In this document: positions 26,393 to 39,540 of the stretch, piece after piece | Layout of the letters: every line of letters starts with the position of its first letter | How positions within the stretch are numbered: the stretch's first letter is position 1 | NCBI GenBank assembly: GCA_030770535.1 | Contig: JASVEC010000026.1 | Span: forward strand, 186,001-250,000 | Direction of reading: 5' to 3' | Length of the DNA: 64,000 nt | From: Batkoa obscura | Lineage: Eukaryota | Made by a program: the position numbers and the translations under genes | The notes under the pieces: model-generated | Told to the model about the DNA's origin: nothing | The model's database searches: none | What the model saw: only the letters and a program-made list of their open reading frames with translations

Positions 26393-27877
26393 TTTATTAT
26401 ATTTAATTGACAAAATGTTTCTTAATTTACTATTTGATTAGTATTTATAACTCTATGGATAAATTTAAGGAGTAGCTAAGCACAAATCAAAGTAATAAAT
26501 ATGTCTTTTCTATCCCTTAATTGATATAAGTTCTGTTTTCATTTTACATTACTGGTTAGCTTATACCAATTTTTTTTCGTCATTAATCTTGCGATTTTGT
26601 AAATTATCGATAATCGCTATAAAATATTACATTTTGAAGAACTTCAAATTTTTCATTAAAGAATTAAACTGAAATTTTCATTTCTAACTTTATCCGGGGT
26701 TTTAATTTTACCCAAATTATAACAACTAAATTGTTACATTGAATAAGTGTACCTATTTATGTTGTTTAACAAAGCTGGGGAATCTCCTTTTCAATTTCAA
26801 GTTAACTTTAGCTATCAGATTTTAAGCTTAAAAAGAATTCCTTAAACTACTATCCGTTCCTTGGTATTCCTATTTCCTATCTTATCTTGTTATCTTATGT
26901 ATTGAAAAGCTATTCTTTTATTTTGAAAATAGTATAAATAGTTTTAAAGTTGACGCCAAACCAACATAAGATAATCAGTGGTGTATCAAATAAATAAATT
27001 TTGTGTACCTATCATTTTACATTTTATTTAGCTTTTGTAGCCATTTCCTCTAGCAAAATTAAATTGCAATCAGAATGCAATTTCCGAGTTGGTCTAAATT
27101 TAATTTTATGACTGATAAACTTATGATCAAAGTATATAACAAACGTTTAATACTTTGCACCTTGGTTAATGACAACTTCCCTCCCACTTTTACCCTTGTT
27201 AACTTTATTATACAGCGTTTTTGGTATAATATTTAGAAGTTCTGTACAACCTAGCCATGAGGTTATTATAAATTGATTAAAAAATTGAAGACATTAAAAT
27301 AGGATTTAATAATAAAATAATGATATTCTAAATGTTCTAATTCAATTTATTAAGTGACTGAGCTTACATTTATGTTTATTTTTTCAATAATAACTTGCTA
27401 TAACTATACCTGAAGTTCTTGTTCATTTAGTACTACTTAATATGGGAATGATATAGTTGAAACAAAGCATACATAATGTTCAACAAAGATGCAGTTTTAA
27501 ATTAACGCTTATAGAAATGTGGTCCTTTCAAGAGATATTCTAACAGTTACAGAACTGAAAGTTAAAACTGAGATCAAAATATAAAGCTAGAAGCTATAAA
27601 TTGATAGTAAATTGGTATTTTAAAGAGAATTGTTTAATGGATCACTAATTCTTGAGATTAGAATTACTAAATTCAACAAAATAATTTCAGGAATAACTGT
27701 AAAGAATGTCAAGCTTAAACATGAAGAGTTGTACAAATTTAGAAAATGAGACAGTAAACTGTATTATCCTCATTAAATTAGCTTACCAAATCATTGAACG
27801 TGCATGATTTAAAACAAGTTATTAAATCATCAGAAAAAACAAAAAAACCAAAGTTCAAATTGAATATTTTATTTAAA

Positions 27878-29183
27878 ATGACCTCTGAAGGTTATATACC
27901 AGTAGCAGCAAATAGTCAACATGATAGTATGATAGATGATATGAAATTATCTATTAATTACTCACAACAATCTCAACTCATTAAACCAAACTCTTCTAGC
28001 AACTATAATACCATTTTAAAGATATTAAGGCTATTATGGATCTTTAACTTTATCTATCATGAATATGTTCAATTTGAGTGGAACATACTCAGCTGTGACT
28101 ACCCTTCATCTACTCCTGGAGATTATTATAAATTAATGCTACTAGCTGACCCACAGTTAACGGATCATTTTTCTTATAAACAAAAGGACGGGATACTATT
28201 AACTGCAACCATGTTTTATTCCGATATCTTTATGTTAAAACATTATTCAGCTATGTTAAGGTGGCGTACTCCAGATCATGTTTATTATTTGGGTGATCTA
28301 TTTGATGGTGGCAGGGAGTGGCAGGACGAAAGGTAAAATAAATATAATAATAGTTGATAGATAAATAACTTTGAATAACAGATGGTATAACGAGTTGAGT
28401 CGATTTAATTTAATATTCAATAAGCGTAGTAAGCAAATAAACTACCATTATGTACCAGGAAACCATGATATAGGACTTGGAGGTAGAATCAAAGAGGATG
28501 TAGTAAGACGATATGAAAGCGTATTTGGTCCTGTCAACTCACATATTAAGGTTGGTAATTATACTTTAATAACTATTAATTCTTTAGGCTTAGTTAATAA
28601 TGATGAAGGCGTTTTAAAGTTTATAAAAAAATTTGAGCCATCTCAAAATAATATAATTTTATCTCATATTCCCTTTTATCGTGAAGGTTCAGTAAAATGC
28701 GGTCCTTTACGTGACCCACGTGCGTCCCATGATCGTATTCATCAAGGGTTTGGAATTCAATATCAAAATTTAATATACAAAAGGCAAAGTGAGCTTATAT
28801 TAAATCAAACAAAACCAAAATTTATATTTTCTGGGGATGACCATGATGCTTGCTTAATTGAGCATTCAAACGAAACTGTTGAATTTAGTGTCCCCTCTTA
28901 CTCTTGGTTACAAGGCTCTTTACAACCAGGTTATTTATTATTAACCATACCAAAAAATGGTAGTTTAGATGCTGAATTTAAACTGTGCACTTTTCATACT
29001 CAACTTCATACGTATTATTTGTATATTTACTTTCTAATTTCTACTATCTGTTTACTGGCATTTTTGGTTTTTTATTTTAAATCCTCCATTAAAAAAATTC
29101 CTCATCAGCTTATTTATGTGATGTGGCCAAGTCTTGTAGTTTATGTGGTGCTACTAATTACCCCTTACAACCTAACCTATTAA
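27878..29183 (+). CDS. Calcineurin-like metallophosphoesterase (Cdc1/Ted1/MPPE1 GPI-remodelling type)
   Basis: LADPQL, LGDLFDGG, PGNHDIG, LSHIP and SGDDH motifs; N- and C-terminal TMs; one intron about 28333-28381. Confidence 0.9.
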
Positions 29184-29332
29184 CGTTACAGCTGTTAAAA
29201 TTCAAATGTGAAATTTCAACAGCTGTGATAATTTTCATACCTTTGAATTGTGGTTTAATTCAAGCATCGTACTGTTCAATAAAAAAATATAAAAAAATAT
29301 AAGTCCTTAAGTGTCTTTTATTAAATACATGT

Positions 29333-31852
29333 TTAAAGCTTTCTTCTTTTAGTAGATTCCAAGACCTCTTGCTCATAAATATTTAATGGAGTATTGTCTT
29401 TTAGAATAGTTATATCTTTAGGCCAACTTAAATTCAAATTATTTGGCAGTGGAAACTTATGGTTTTTACGAATACGTCTGGCTTCGATAATCTTTGGAGT
29501 ATCCCCAAATGCTTTCCTATATTTCTCAACCAATTCATCAGTATAATCCACTTTTTTTACTACTTCTTCTTCATGTTTTCTTATAAGTTCTTGTTCAGCC
29601 CTTTCTCTTTGCATCCTTTTTTGACGCCACTCTTGTTCTCTTTTTTCTGCTGCCATTTTGGCCTGACGCTCATATTCTTCTTGCTCTCTGTTATGTCTTT
29701 CGACATGAGGCGCCATAATTATATCAAGCTCGTCAATTTCTTTTTGAACTTCTGCTACTTTATCAAAATCTAAATTGGTTCTTGCTTGGACCAGCATGGA
29801 GTTTAAAATCCTATAAAGATTGCCTAACAAAACTATGTCATCAGTACATTTACATTGTGACCTCAACCCATACATATATTCCTCCTAATAATAATATTAG
29901 TAAACATTAATACATAAACGTAAATTTGGTAAAATTTACATCTGTTTTTGGTGTATTGCGTAACACTTCAATTTGTTCCCCTTTGGCTCTAATCATATTT
30001 TGCCTAATTGGTGGCATACCATCTGTTTCCATTGCTTGTCGATATCTTTGATACTCAACCTAATTTGTATTAATATTTGTTTTATGCTATCTACATGTTG
30101 TAAATACTACCTCTGTCGGATCCTCATTTGATACAGCACTCATTGGAAATGTTTTGGTATGTTTACCATGCAACAGTATTAATACTTTATTTGTCCATAC
30201 TTTATCAAATTTGTAAGGTGTATCAACCTCTTGAACCTCTATCATTTAATTAATATATTATTACTATTTTTGTATTTCAAGGTTTTAATCCATTTATTTA
30301 GAATAGTTGCATATTTCGATGGTTTTTCACTTTATTTTAACATACTTCTCCCAATTTTAGCATTGTTATGCTGTATCTATACATACGCGGAATCTTAACA
30401 TAACCTAAGCCTTAGAGGTGGGCTGAGCTTATTTAAGTGACGTAAATTTTATGATAATTTTTAATTAAAATTCCCGTATTAACAAAGTTGACCAAAATTT
30501 ATAAAAATTTTACTCCTTAGAAACTAGTAGGGCTAATTTTTTTAATGTTTACGTTGAATCTGTATATTCTGTTAAAATAAGATATCATAATATCAAGGCT
30601 GATTGAAATGTCCCAAAATATAATGAGGCATTGTTAAAAAATGCCAACTATTCTAACAAGTGGATTAAACCCTTGTAATAATTTTGATTACCTAACACTC
30701 TCCCTACTCGATATTTAAGCTCAATGTCCTTTATATTCTCGCCCTCTTTTGGTGGCTCATTAACAATTACACTAACAAAGCAGCCTTCAATCACTTTTTC
30801 AAATTGAGAATGATGTACGAAATTGCGTATACTTTCCCTATACCACACAGCTGGAAGAATCTCATGTACATTAGTACAAATTGGCTAATTAAAGGTTAGA
30901 GAAGTAATTAAGTATAAACATTGTCTTACAGAATCATCTACTTCAGCTTCAATCTCCTCCTCTTCTTCTTGTTCTTTAACTCTCTTTAATTCACTTTCAT
31001 CAAATGAATCATCACTTGAGGTTCGATAATCCTGTTTCTAATTTTATAATAAATATCATGTTCTTTTCAATAAATTCATTGCTTACAGCTGTACTTTTCT
31101 TCCTCTTTTCTTTGATAACTTTCAATGCTTTAGGTGCTTTCTTTCTTGACCTTGAAGGTCCTAATAAATAAATTAAGAAAATCATTAATAAATTAGTATG
31201 TTCAAACTTACTTGAGGGCAAGTTATATTCTTCATCGGAACCATCATCTGACAAATAATCATTCTTTTTATTTTTCTTAAAACGATTTTTTAACTCTTGT
31301 TTTTCATAAAATTTTTGCCTCTATAGATTTGTCAATAATTTATTCTACACTTAAATGTAAATATTACTTTTTCTGCTTTTTCGGCAATAAGCTGTTCTCT
31401 CTCTATTTCATTTAGATGCTTATACCTTTAATAAAGTTAATTAATTACTTTCTTCTCGATCTAACCAATGAACTTACTTCACTTCATCGAACTCACTTTC
31501 AATTTCACTTTCACTTGCTGAAGGGCTACTAATCTTTTTGCCATTTTTTCTATTCTTCTTACCACCAGTGCTAGATCCCGATGCTGATTCATCGCCAACA
31601 CTTAAAAACGCGTCTGATTCCGACTCACTAAAGTCAGAATACTTATTTCTTTACGAGATTAAGATTAAAAAAGAAAATTTAAAATCAATCTTACTTGCTT
31701 TTACTTTTTTTCTTATTGGATTTTTCTGGGTTTCCTTCTAATAAAGATAAAATTTCCTTATCAAGATCCTCCTCCTTTTTACTCTTTGCTTCACGCTCCG
31801 ATACTGGACTGCGGTCTGATATTGAACTATGCTCTGATATTGGACTAGACAT
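29333..31852 (-). CDS. RTF1: PAF1 complex subunit Rtf1 (Plus3 domain)
   Basis: LDKEILSLL, HLNEIEREQLIAE, Plus3 core FEKVIEGCFV...YRVGRVL...PYKF...TNKVLILLHG...FPMSAVSN; many introns. Confidence 0.85.
30278..30675. mobile_element. ~400-bp MITE with ~35-bp imperfect TIRs in an RTF1 intron (Tc1/mariner-like)
   Basis: caaggttttaatccatttatttagaatagttgca at left pairs with tgccaactattctaacaagtggattaaacccttg at right, followed by TA; accounts for the unusually long intron. Confidence 0.7.
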
Positions 31853-32387
31853 GATAATTATTAAAAAAGCTTTCTACCTCTTTGTTGAATAAAAATGATT
31901 TTATCAAGAACTAGTTTTAATGATGAAACTGATTGGTTAATTTAAGCTCAACAATGAAGAATGAATTTAACTAAAAAATGAGCAAGCTAAATAGATAGAG
32001 ATTTTGTAAGGGAGGTTTTTTTATTTCTAATTAACCAACACTTAAAAGACAAGGTATGAAACGAATGTTCATATAGTAAAAATTTGAAACTTTTAATGAG
32101 AAAATAATCTTTATGGAATGAAAAAGATAATGATAAACTTTACGAAATTATATATAGTACCAACCCTAACCTAATATTAGCCTTAACCATAAGGTTGGCT
32201 CTAATATAGATTTTTTTATTTTAAATAAAATTTAACATAATATCTTGAGCTAAAACTGTCTAAATTAATTACCTGCCCTATAAAGTTAATTTGAGTAGGT
32301 TTATTATAGTTTGATTGAGCGTTAATTTTGATTAAGGTTTATTTTGCCTAAATAAATTTAATTTTGGTAAAATCTCTACTATTATTT

Positions 32388-32476
32388 AGGATGTATTTTT
32401 GCTTAAGAATTTTATTGATATTCTTTCTACTCAAATAGCGCTTAAAAAATGGAAAAAGTGATGAAAAAAATACCCC
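32388..32476 (+). mobile_element. ~97-bp MITE copy 3
   Basis: Consensus match with small deletions; ATTT on both flanks. Confidence 0.85.
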
Positions 32477-32695
32477 ATTTGCTGATAGTCTTCCTACCAA
32501 AAATTTTATAAAGGAAAATTAACTTAGACAACGTCAGCAAAAAGATTATTATAAAAAAATAAAATAAGTAAACAATATAAAAATAATACAAAATAAGGCA
32601 AGGAGATAAACATTTAATTAAAACCTTTGATTACAAGTTAATATAAGTACTTTGTTATTACTTATTTTTTTAATATTTTTTAATAAATAATGTCA

Positions 32696-33079
32696 AATCG
32701 AATCTGATGAAAAACGCACTCGAGTGAAAATAAAAAATAGATGTCTTTGCATAATATTGAACAAAATAACTTTTTATAAATGGGTTAGTTTAAAACCTCA
32801 GTTAAATTAAGAAAATTTTCTAATTCACTTTTTTTGTCCATTCTTTATGTAGCGTAAATTTTTGAGATTTTCTTTAAACAAATACTGAATAAAAAAACAT
32901 TACTATACAAGTAATTTCATAGCACCTTGTGTTTCGCAATTTTTGCTAAAAATCTAAATTGCACAAAATTGAGCCAAGCTTTTAAACTAACCTATTTATA
33001 AAAAGTTATTTTGTTCAATATTATGCAAAGACATCTATTTTTTATTTTCACTCGAGTGCGTTTTTCATCAGATTCGATT
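32696..33079. mobile_element. Foldback/MITE with ~100-bp near-perfect inverted repeats
   Basis: 32696-32795 (aatcgaatctgatgaaaaacgcactcgagtg...) is the reverse complement of about 32980-33079; non-coding spacer of about 185 bp. Confidence 0.85.
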
Positions 33080-34544
33080 GTACGCTATGAGATTATTTTA
33101 TTCTAAATTTTCGATAGAAAATAAATAAAAAAACAAAATTATATAAGATGTAATAATATTTTAAAAGATTATTGATTCTTTATTAAAAGTTAACTAATTT
33201 TTACCTTTTATTATTTAAATCATTTTAATATTTATGGTATAATATGAGAAATTGTTAGTTTATTAATTTGTATTTTATTATTAACCTGTTAAGTGATTAA
33301 GATGAACGTATCCGTTGAGACCAAAAGTAACATTTAACCAATAATGTCTAAAAAAAGTCCGATCAAAAATTGATTCGATTAGCTAAAATTTTTGGACTCT
33401 TTGGTCAAATGCTACTTTTAATAACTTTGCTTCAAGGGGTTGGCTATAGCCGTAATTTTCCAAGTTAGTGACACTCAAGAAGTTAACTTGTAGTAAAGTT
33501 CTTAAACAAAAAATACATTAGCATATACTTTTTATATTATAATGAGACATAGTCATTAAATTAATAATTATAATTTTTATTGAAGTCTGTCCTTATTATA
33601 AAATTATCATAAAAAGTCATATTATAAAAATAAGATAAATTATCATATTAAAAACATTTTTAATTATTGTTTTTTATTATACTAATATTTAAAAGTCTAC
33701 TTTTTAATATGATTAATTACTAAACCTACTTTTGAATGTACGATAAACATATATTTGTATTATCTTATTTTATTTAATTCATTTTTTTAAAAGATAATTT
33801 AAGCTAATTAACCACTTATACTTTACCACTCATCAAGGTATACCTTATATTTAAAATAGCTATTAACTAGTAGTTTTTTTAACAATTTTATATAAGTATT
33901 TGTTGGAATTTATTACAATATTTAATTCTTAAGCTACTTTTACTAATTAAACTTTAAGCAAATAAAAAGGAATATAAAAGTTTATGAAATAAGACTAAGC
34001 TTAATTACCAATACCAACTACACTTGCATAATTTGAAATTTTAAACACTTATTAAATGGTTGAAATCAGCGGGAGGTTAGGCTAAGCTATTCAACTTTAT
34101 CTCTTTTATTAAAATAAAATGTTTTAACTCCTTGTAATGATTTTATTTTACATTGAGTTTATGTTATTATTCATTCACAGGTTTTAAGCAAATAGTGTTG
34201 TAAAATATTTTCTTTTGCAGCTAATTTTTTATTATAATAATCTCAATAAATAGCTTGAATAAAATAATGCTAAAAGCTCATTTAAAGTTGTAATATATCT
34301 GTATAAAACAGTACAATGAATATTTATTTATTTATCGTGTAACATAATGAAGTATATCAACTCAATTTCATTATTGATATAACTTTTAAAAGGTTTGTAA
34401 TATAGCATAAAAAACAATAAAATATATTCTTAAGCGTATTTTATTTTATAATAAGATGGGTGCTCGTATTTTGTTAATTTAAAGTATTAACCTAATTAAA
34501 GTTGAATAGTTTCTATTAGCATTTTTAAATGATCTTGTGTACAT

Positions 34545-35544
34545 CTAGGCTTTTGGGCAGTCAGCTTTGCGGTGACCAGTTTCCTAATTTTATATAAATA
34601 AAAGTATTTAAATTTTTAACTTTAACTTACTCCACATAAATAACAAGAACCTTCAGATCTTGATTCATCTGGGCATGATCTGGACATATGTCCGGTTTTA
34701 CCACATTTGTAGCATTTTGAACCTTCTGGGCAGTCATAAGACATATGACCAGTACCTTTGCAGTTATAGCAGTTCATTTCACGACTTCCTCTTGTGCTTT
34801 CTTTAGGGCAATCACGGGAGAAATGACCAGATTCTCCACACTAATAAAATATTAGTAAGATACCATTAATTGAGTGATTAAATTACGTTATAACAAGATG
34901 AAGAAGAACCACGGTCTCCACGATCACCACGATCACCACGATCACGACCACGACGATCATCTCCTCTACGGTCTCCATAACGGCTTGAACCACGGTCCTC
35001 ATAGCGGTCACCACCACGAGAACCACGGTCACGAGATCTATAACTATCACCGGCTTCTGGGCATTCACGGGAGAAGTGACCTTCTTTACCGCACTAACAA
35101 AAGGTTATTTAAAGACCAAATAAAATTATATAAAAGTATACTTTGAAACAACCAGAACCACCTGAACCACCATCACGGGAACGGCCATTATCTCTGTAAC
35201 CACCACTCTTTCTATCTCCACCCTTTGGACAATCACGGGACTAAAAAATTAGCAAATATTCAAAACGATTCCAAGATTCTTTATTACAATATGACCCTTC
35301 TCATTACAATTGTAACAAGACTTCTCGCTTGGTTCTGGGCAGTCTCTGCTTAAGTGACCACTTTTTTGGCAGTTATAACTAAAGATGAAAGGTTAAATGG
35401 GTTGAAGTAAAAGATTAAAATGTTAATACCATTTTTGTTCTTCAGTACATTCACGAGAAATGTGACCCTCTGAATATTATTAACGATTTGTTTTAATTAG
35501 TTATATTTATGTTTACCTTGGTTACAACGATGACAAGAAACCAT
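34545..35544 (-). CDS. CNBP/Gis2/Byr3-family zinc-knuckle protein
   Basis: Spliced ORF with eight CX2CX4HX4C knuckles and an RG/RGD-rich linker; six coding introns and a probable 5'-UTR intron. Confidence 0.92.
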
Positions 35545-35963
35545 ATTTAAAACTCTATGAAAGAAAAGTTAGTAAAGACATCCATCATTAAGCTTGTGAA
35601 GCAACACACAGATTATATCAAATACTAAAATCAAAAAATTTATTTTTTACTTACCTTTTTACTATTATTTATAAATGAAAAGTTATATTTTAATTTTTCT
35701 TTCCATTTCTTCGTGCTTTTAATACCCTCTAGTTATGGGAACTTAGTTCAAGCCAATAATTATGCCAATATTCCATTTTTACTTTTTTTTGTTCTTTACC
35801 ATTTTTCATAAGCTAAAATTACCAAATTAGATCAAGTTTTGTAAGTTTAAAAACTGGTGTCAAAATTACCCAATTAGCTATTCGCCATCTCTTTTATCTT
35901 TAATTAATTTGTATAGAGACAAAAATGGAAATTAAAAAATTATTACGATTAAAATTACAATTT

Positions 35964-36058
35964 GGGGATGTATTTATTTAATAATTTTACTAACAATCTT
36001 TCCATTTAAATAGTGCTTAAAAAATGGAAAAAGTAATGAAACCAAAAAAAACATCCTC
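35964..36058 (+). mobile_element. ~97-bp MITE copy 4
   Basis: Consensus match; ATTT on both flanks. Confidence 0.9.
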
Positions 36059-36073
36059 ATTTATCAAATCACA

Positions 36074-36772
36074 TCAATACCACCTCTTCGATACAGCAGC
36101 AAAATAAGCCAAATACTTAAAAGTAATAGCAATAAATACAGCAATTAAATCCCAATATTTAGGTGCAGGGAATTGAAGCAAATAAGGCAAGCGCATATAA
36201 GCTGGGATCAAGCAGCCAAGATAAAAAACAAAAGTGGTACAATATATATGCCCCTTCAAGTTTTTTTTACGAATATAGTAGATAGCTCCTATCATAGCCC
36301 CCGTTTGAAATAAGCCACCAATAGATATGCCTACTGAAAAACTATTGATACCAGAGTAACGCTCGTTCCAGGTAGTGATTAGACCAAATAAAGTGCTAAG
36401 AAAAGTAGTTAAGAAGCAGAATTTCCCAAGGAATTTATGTAATTCTCGGTAAGGTGAGCCCATATTTGGTACAAAATATAAGTTGATAATACATTGAAGT
36501 GTGATTGTAGTACAGAAAATCAAATGGAAGAATAAGGCGGGACCGGTCTTTTTGTCAAATAATAAGGGTACACCTTTATATAAAGTAAACCATAAAGAGA
36601 GTAAGGAACTAAATAACCAATAAATGTTAAATTGCCCCTTGTATATACTTTTGTTCTTTGGGTTTTTAGCTGATGATGTTTTTGAGTTTGTAAGCTTGGG
36701 CGAGGCTTCGTTATTCAAAATAATACTAGTATTTACAGAGGATTTATTAACTTGAGTGAGAATAGAAGACAT
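36074..36772 (-). CDS. Multi-pass membrane protein (DUF2306-like)
   Basis: About six TM helices with His motifs (FFHL, LHKFLGK, IRKKNLKGH); intronless. Confidence 0.6.
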   Translation of the reverse strand: MSSILTQVNKSSVNTSIILNNEASPKLTNSKTSSAKNPKNKSIYKGQFNIYWLFSSLLSLWFTLYKGVPLLFDKKTGPALFFHLIFCTTITLQCIINLYFVPNMGSPYRELHKFLGKFCFLTTFLSTLFGLITTWNERYSGINSFSVGISIGGLFQTGAMIGAIYYIRKKNLKGHIYCTTFVFYLGCLIPAYMRLPYLLQFPAPKYWDLIAVFIAITFKYLAYFAAVSKRWY

Positions 36773-37082
36773 ACTTTTTTGATTTTTTAATTCTAGTTTA
36801 GAGTGCCTTGCTGAGTTTATATACCCTAATTTAATTAGGTTCTTCGATCTTTTATTAGTGAAACAATTGTTTTAAAACTAAAATTAAAACTTTCTCCGAA
36901 ATTAGTCTATTGATTTTTAAGTTTAATTTAGTTTTCATATTTTTTAAACAAGGATAATCAATTTGATAAGTTAAAAATAGACAGAGCTTTCTTAAAATAG
37001 TCTGTAAGCTTTAAAAAGGGTAATTAAGGGATGAAAATAACAGCAGCTACTATTTAATAAACCTTATTAGCCTTTAAACTTA

Positions 37083-37473
37083 CAGTCACGTTAGTAGACG
37101 TTGTTTGTTCATTTGAGCCTTTTGGTAGTATTTCAAAACTAGTTAAATTGTTGGGATCAAATTTATGACTGTAAATTTAAGATAAGTTTATCAATATAGT
37201 TTACTACAGACGAATATACTTTTTAGTTGATTGATGCTATTTAAGTGATATTCAAAAAGTATTATAATATTTGAACTGTAATTTTTTAACATGTTGGAAC
37301 ATTAATTCCATTTAAATAGCATCAACCAACTAAAAAGTATATGCGTCTGTAGTAAACTATATTGATAAACTTATCTTAAATTTACAGTCATAAATTTGAT
37401 CCCAACAATTTAACTAGTTTTGAAATACTACCAAAAGGCTCAAATGAACAAACAACGTCTGTTAATGTGACTG
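37083..37473. mobile_element. Foldback MITE with ~165-bp TIRs (Tc1/mariner-pogo-like termini)
   Basis: TA|CAGTCACG...; 37083-37247 is the near-perfect reverse complement of about 37309-37473; spacer about 60 bp; right flank CA. Confidence 0.88.
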
Positions 37474-38231
37474 CACCATAGTTTAAGATCTGTTTATGAC
37501 TTATCAATAAAATAACTTTCCGAATTGCATCTCAAATACTTTCTATGATTTCATTTTTAGTCAAATTGTAACTAGATTTACAAATATATAACATGGTTAA
37601 TAAATAATTCTAGGCAAAATGAAAACATTACTATTAAAATAATCTTATCTTTTCATAATATAGTATGAGCTACCTTTAAATATCTATTACATTTACAAAA
37701 AAGTTTGAAAACATATAATTTAAACAAAAGTTTTATTATTAACTGTAAAAAGAACGAGGGAAAAAACCCAGAAGAATGATTATCGTCATTTGTAGTTAAA
37801 AAATTGAATAAATTAAAAATATAAATAAAATAAAAGTAAACAAATCTAATTTAAAGATAATTTATTTTATATAAAAATGAGTTACTTTTATAGTTCTTGG
37901 ATCTATATTTAAAAGATATTACGTAGATGTATTTACTTTTTAATACGCTGAAATAATTTTGATTATTTCATTTTGGAATTTTTCCAGCTTATTGATATAA
38001 GAACACAAATATTATGATGGATTGATATTTATGAAAGTATAAATTCTTTTAAAAGTGTATTTATTAAAAAGAACAAAATTTATAAAGAATATCTTTGAAT
38101 CTATTATATAAACTATAAAAATATTTTATTAAGTAATTAAATTGTTTTTAATACCTTAATTTTATGTTATAAAAATTATCAAAATAGTACTGAAAAAGTT
38201 TTAGTAATGTGATAAATTTAGTTTTAATTTA

Positions 38232-38550
38232 TTATAACCATATCTAATCTAATATTAGATCATCTTTGGTCAGGTTACAAAAAGTCGAGTTCTTTTATTT
38301 AAATGGTATAAGAAGCAATAAATGAGTAAATTTTGTAAAGTTGATATTTGCATCTAGACTTGTATTTAATAAGTAATGCTTTTGATTTTAAGTGCTTCAA
38401 GGTCTGGTAATAAATATATAAAGTTAGTAAACATATTATATTTATTAATAAAATCTATAATTTTAATTTGTTTGATAAATTTACATTAGATTAAAATACA
38501 GCGTTCATTGTGTTTTTCACTATTATTTAAATCAAACTTATAAAAATACC
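38232..38550 (-). pseudogene. 3' fragment of F-box/LRR paralog
   Basis: Minus strand shows KFIKQIKI, TNFIYLLPDLEALKIK and terminal D*IWL*, matching the C-termini of intact paralogs. Confidence 0.75.
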
Positions 38551-39280
38551 ACTATTAAAATGCAGACAATTAGTCCTTTGAGTATCAAATATCTCAAAAA
38601 ATTCTGTTCGATTGGATTGGAATTTTTGATCCATCTTTTGACTATTCAAGGATGACTTTTGCTTAGCCAGAGCTAATTGACAAGCAATGTTCATCATAAT
38701 TTAATTTTTCTGTGAAAATTTGGTGAGTATACTCGTTCATAATACTCAAGTGGTAAACTATTGGAACTTTTGATTTCAACTAATTACCTTCCAAGTACTT
38801 GATTAAAAGCATTCAATCTTTGAAATGTTGAAAGGAGCAAAGCTCTTAAATATTTTATTTCTAACTACAATAAGGATGAAAAAAGGATAAGACAAATTTA
38901 AAGCAGAGTACTGTGTATCAAATTTAGAACAAGAATTCTAATTCAGATAGACTATTTTTAGACATAAGCAGACTGCATTTAGAGGCTTTAAATTCAAGCT
39001 TAGATAAACTTGTCCATCCAAAAAAGATAGATGAAAAAGTAGTAAGAGTGTAAATACATTATCAGCAAAAAGCTTCGTGCATAAGTAGATTTTCACCATC
39101 ATATTAATATAATAAAGAGCCAAGAGAAAGAAGGTAAGAATGAAGTGCAATATTCAACTAATGTTGAAAGAGTAACATCTTTAAACAGGTAAAGCAAGAA
39201 ATAAGCTTTGTAAAATAGAAATAATTGGAGACAGTGGATGATAATTTTATTTTTAGACAAACTTTAGCTATAAATCATAT

Positions 39281-39378
39281 GAGGATGTATTTTTTTGTTA
39301 AAGAATTTTACTAACAATATTTCCGTTCAAATAGCGCTTAAAAAATAGAAAAAGTGATAAAACCAAAAAAACACCCCT
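39281..39378 (+). mobile_element. ~97-bp MITE copy 5
   Basis: Consensus match; ATAT flanks. Confidence 0.9.
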
Positions 39379-39540
39379 ATATAATTAAAATGTTTCTATT
39401 ATTATTATATTATAATTTTTTAGTAGTTTAGTGTTTATATAAAAAATATGTTAGGAAATTTTAAGCAAGTTTTGAAATTATTTAAGTGACTAATATTCAT
39501 AAAAATTAATTATTAAAAAAAGTATTAATTTATAATATAT

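Noticed and set aside
26750..27270. Possible Tc1-like transposase relic (KSGR, NGYKS, MLVW on the minus strand)
   Set aside because: Motifs are too short and scattered across frames; no TIRs found.
32161..32190. Telomere-like ccctaacctaa
   Set aside because: Fewer than two perfect units; expected by chance.
34874..35146. His-rich plus-strand ORF (HDHHDHHDH)
   Set aside because: Antisense reading of the RGD repeat in the CNBP-like gene.
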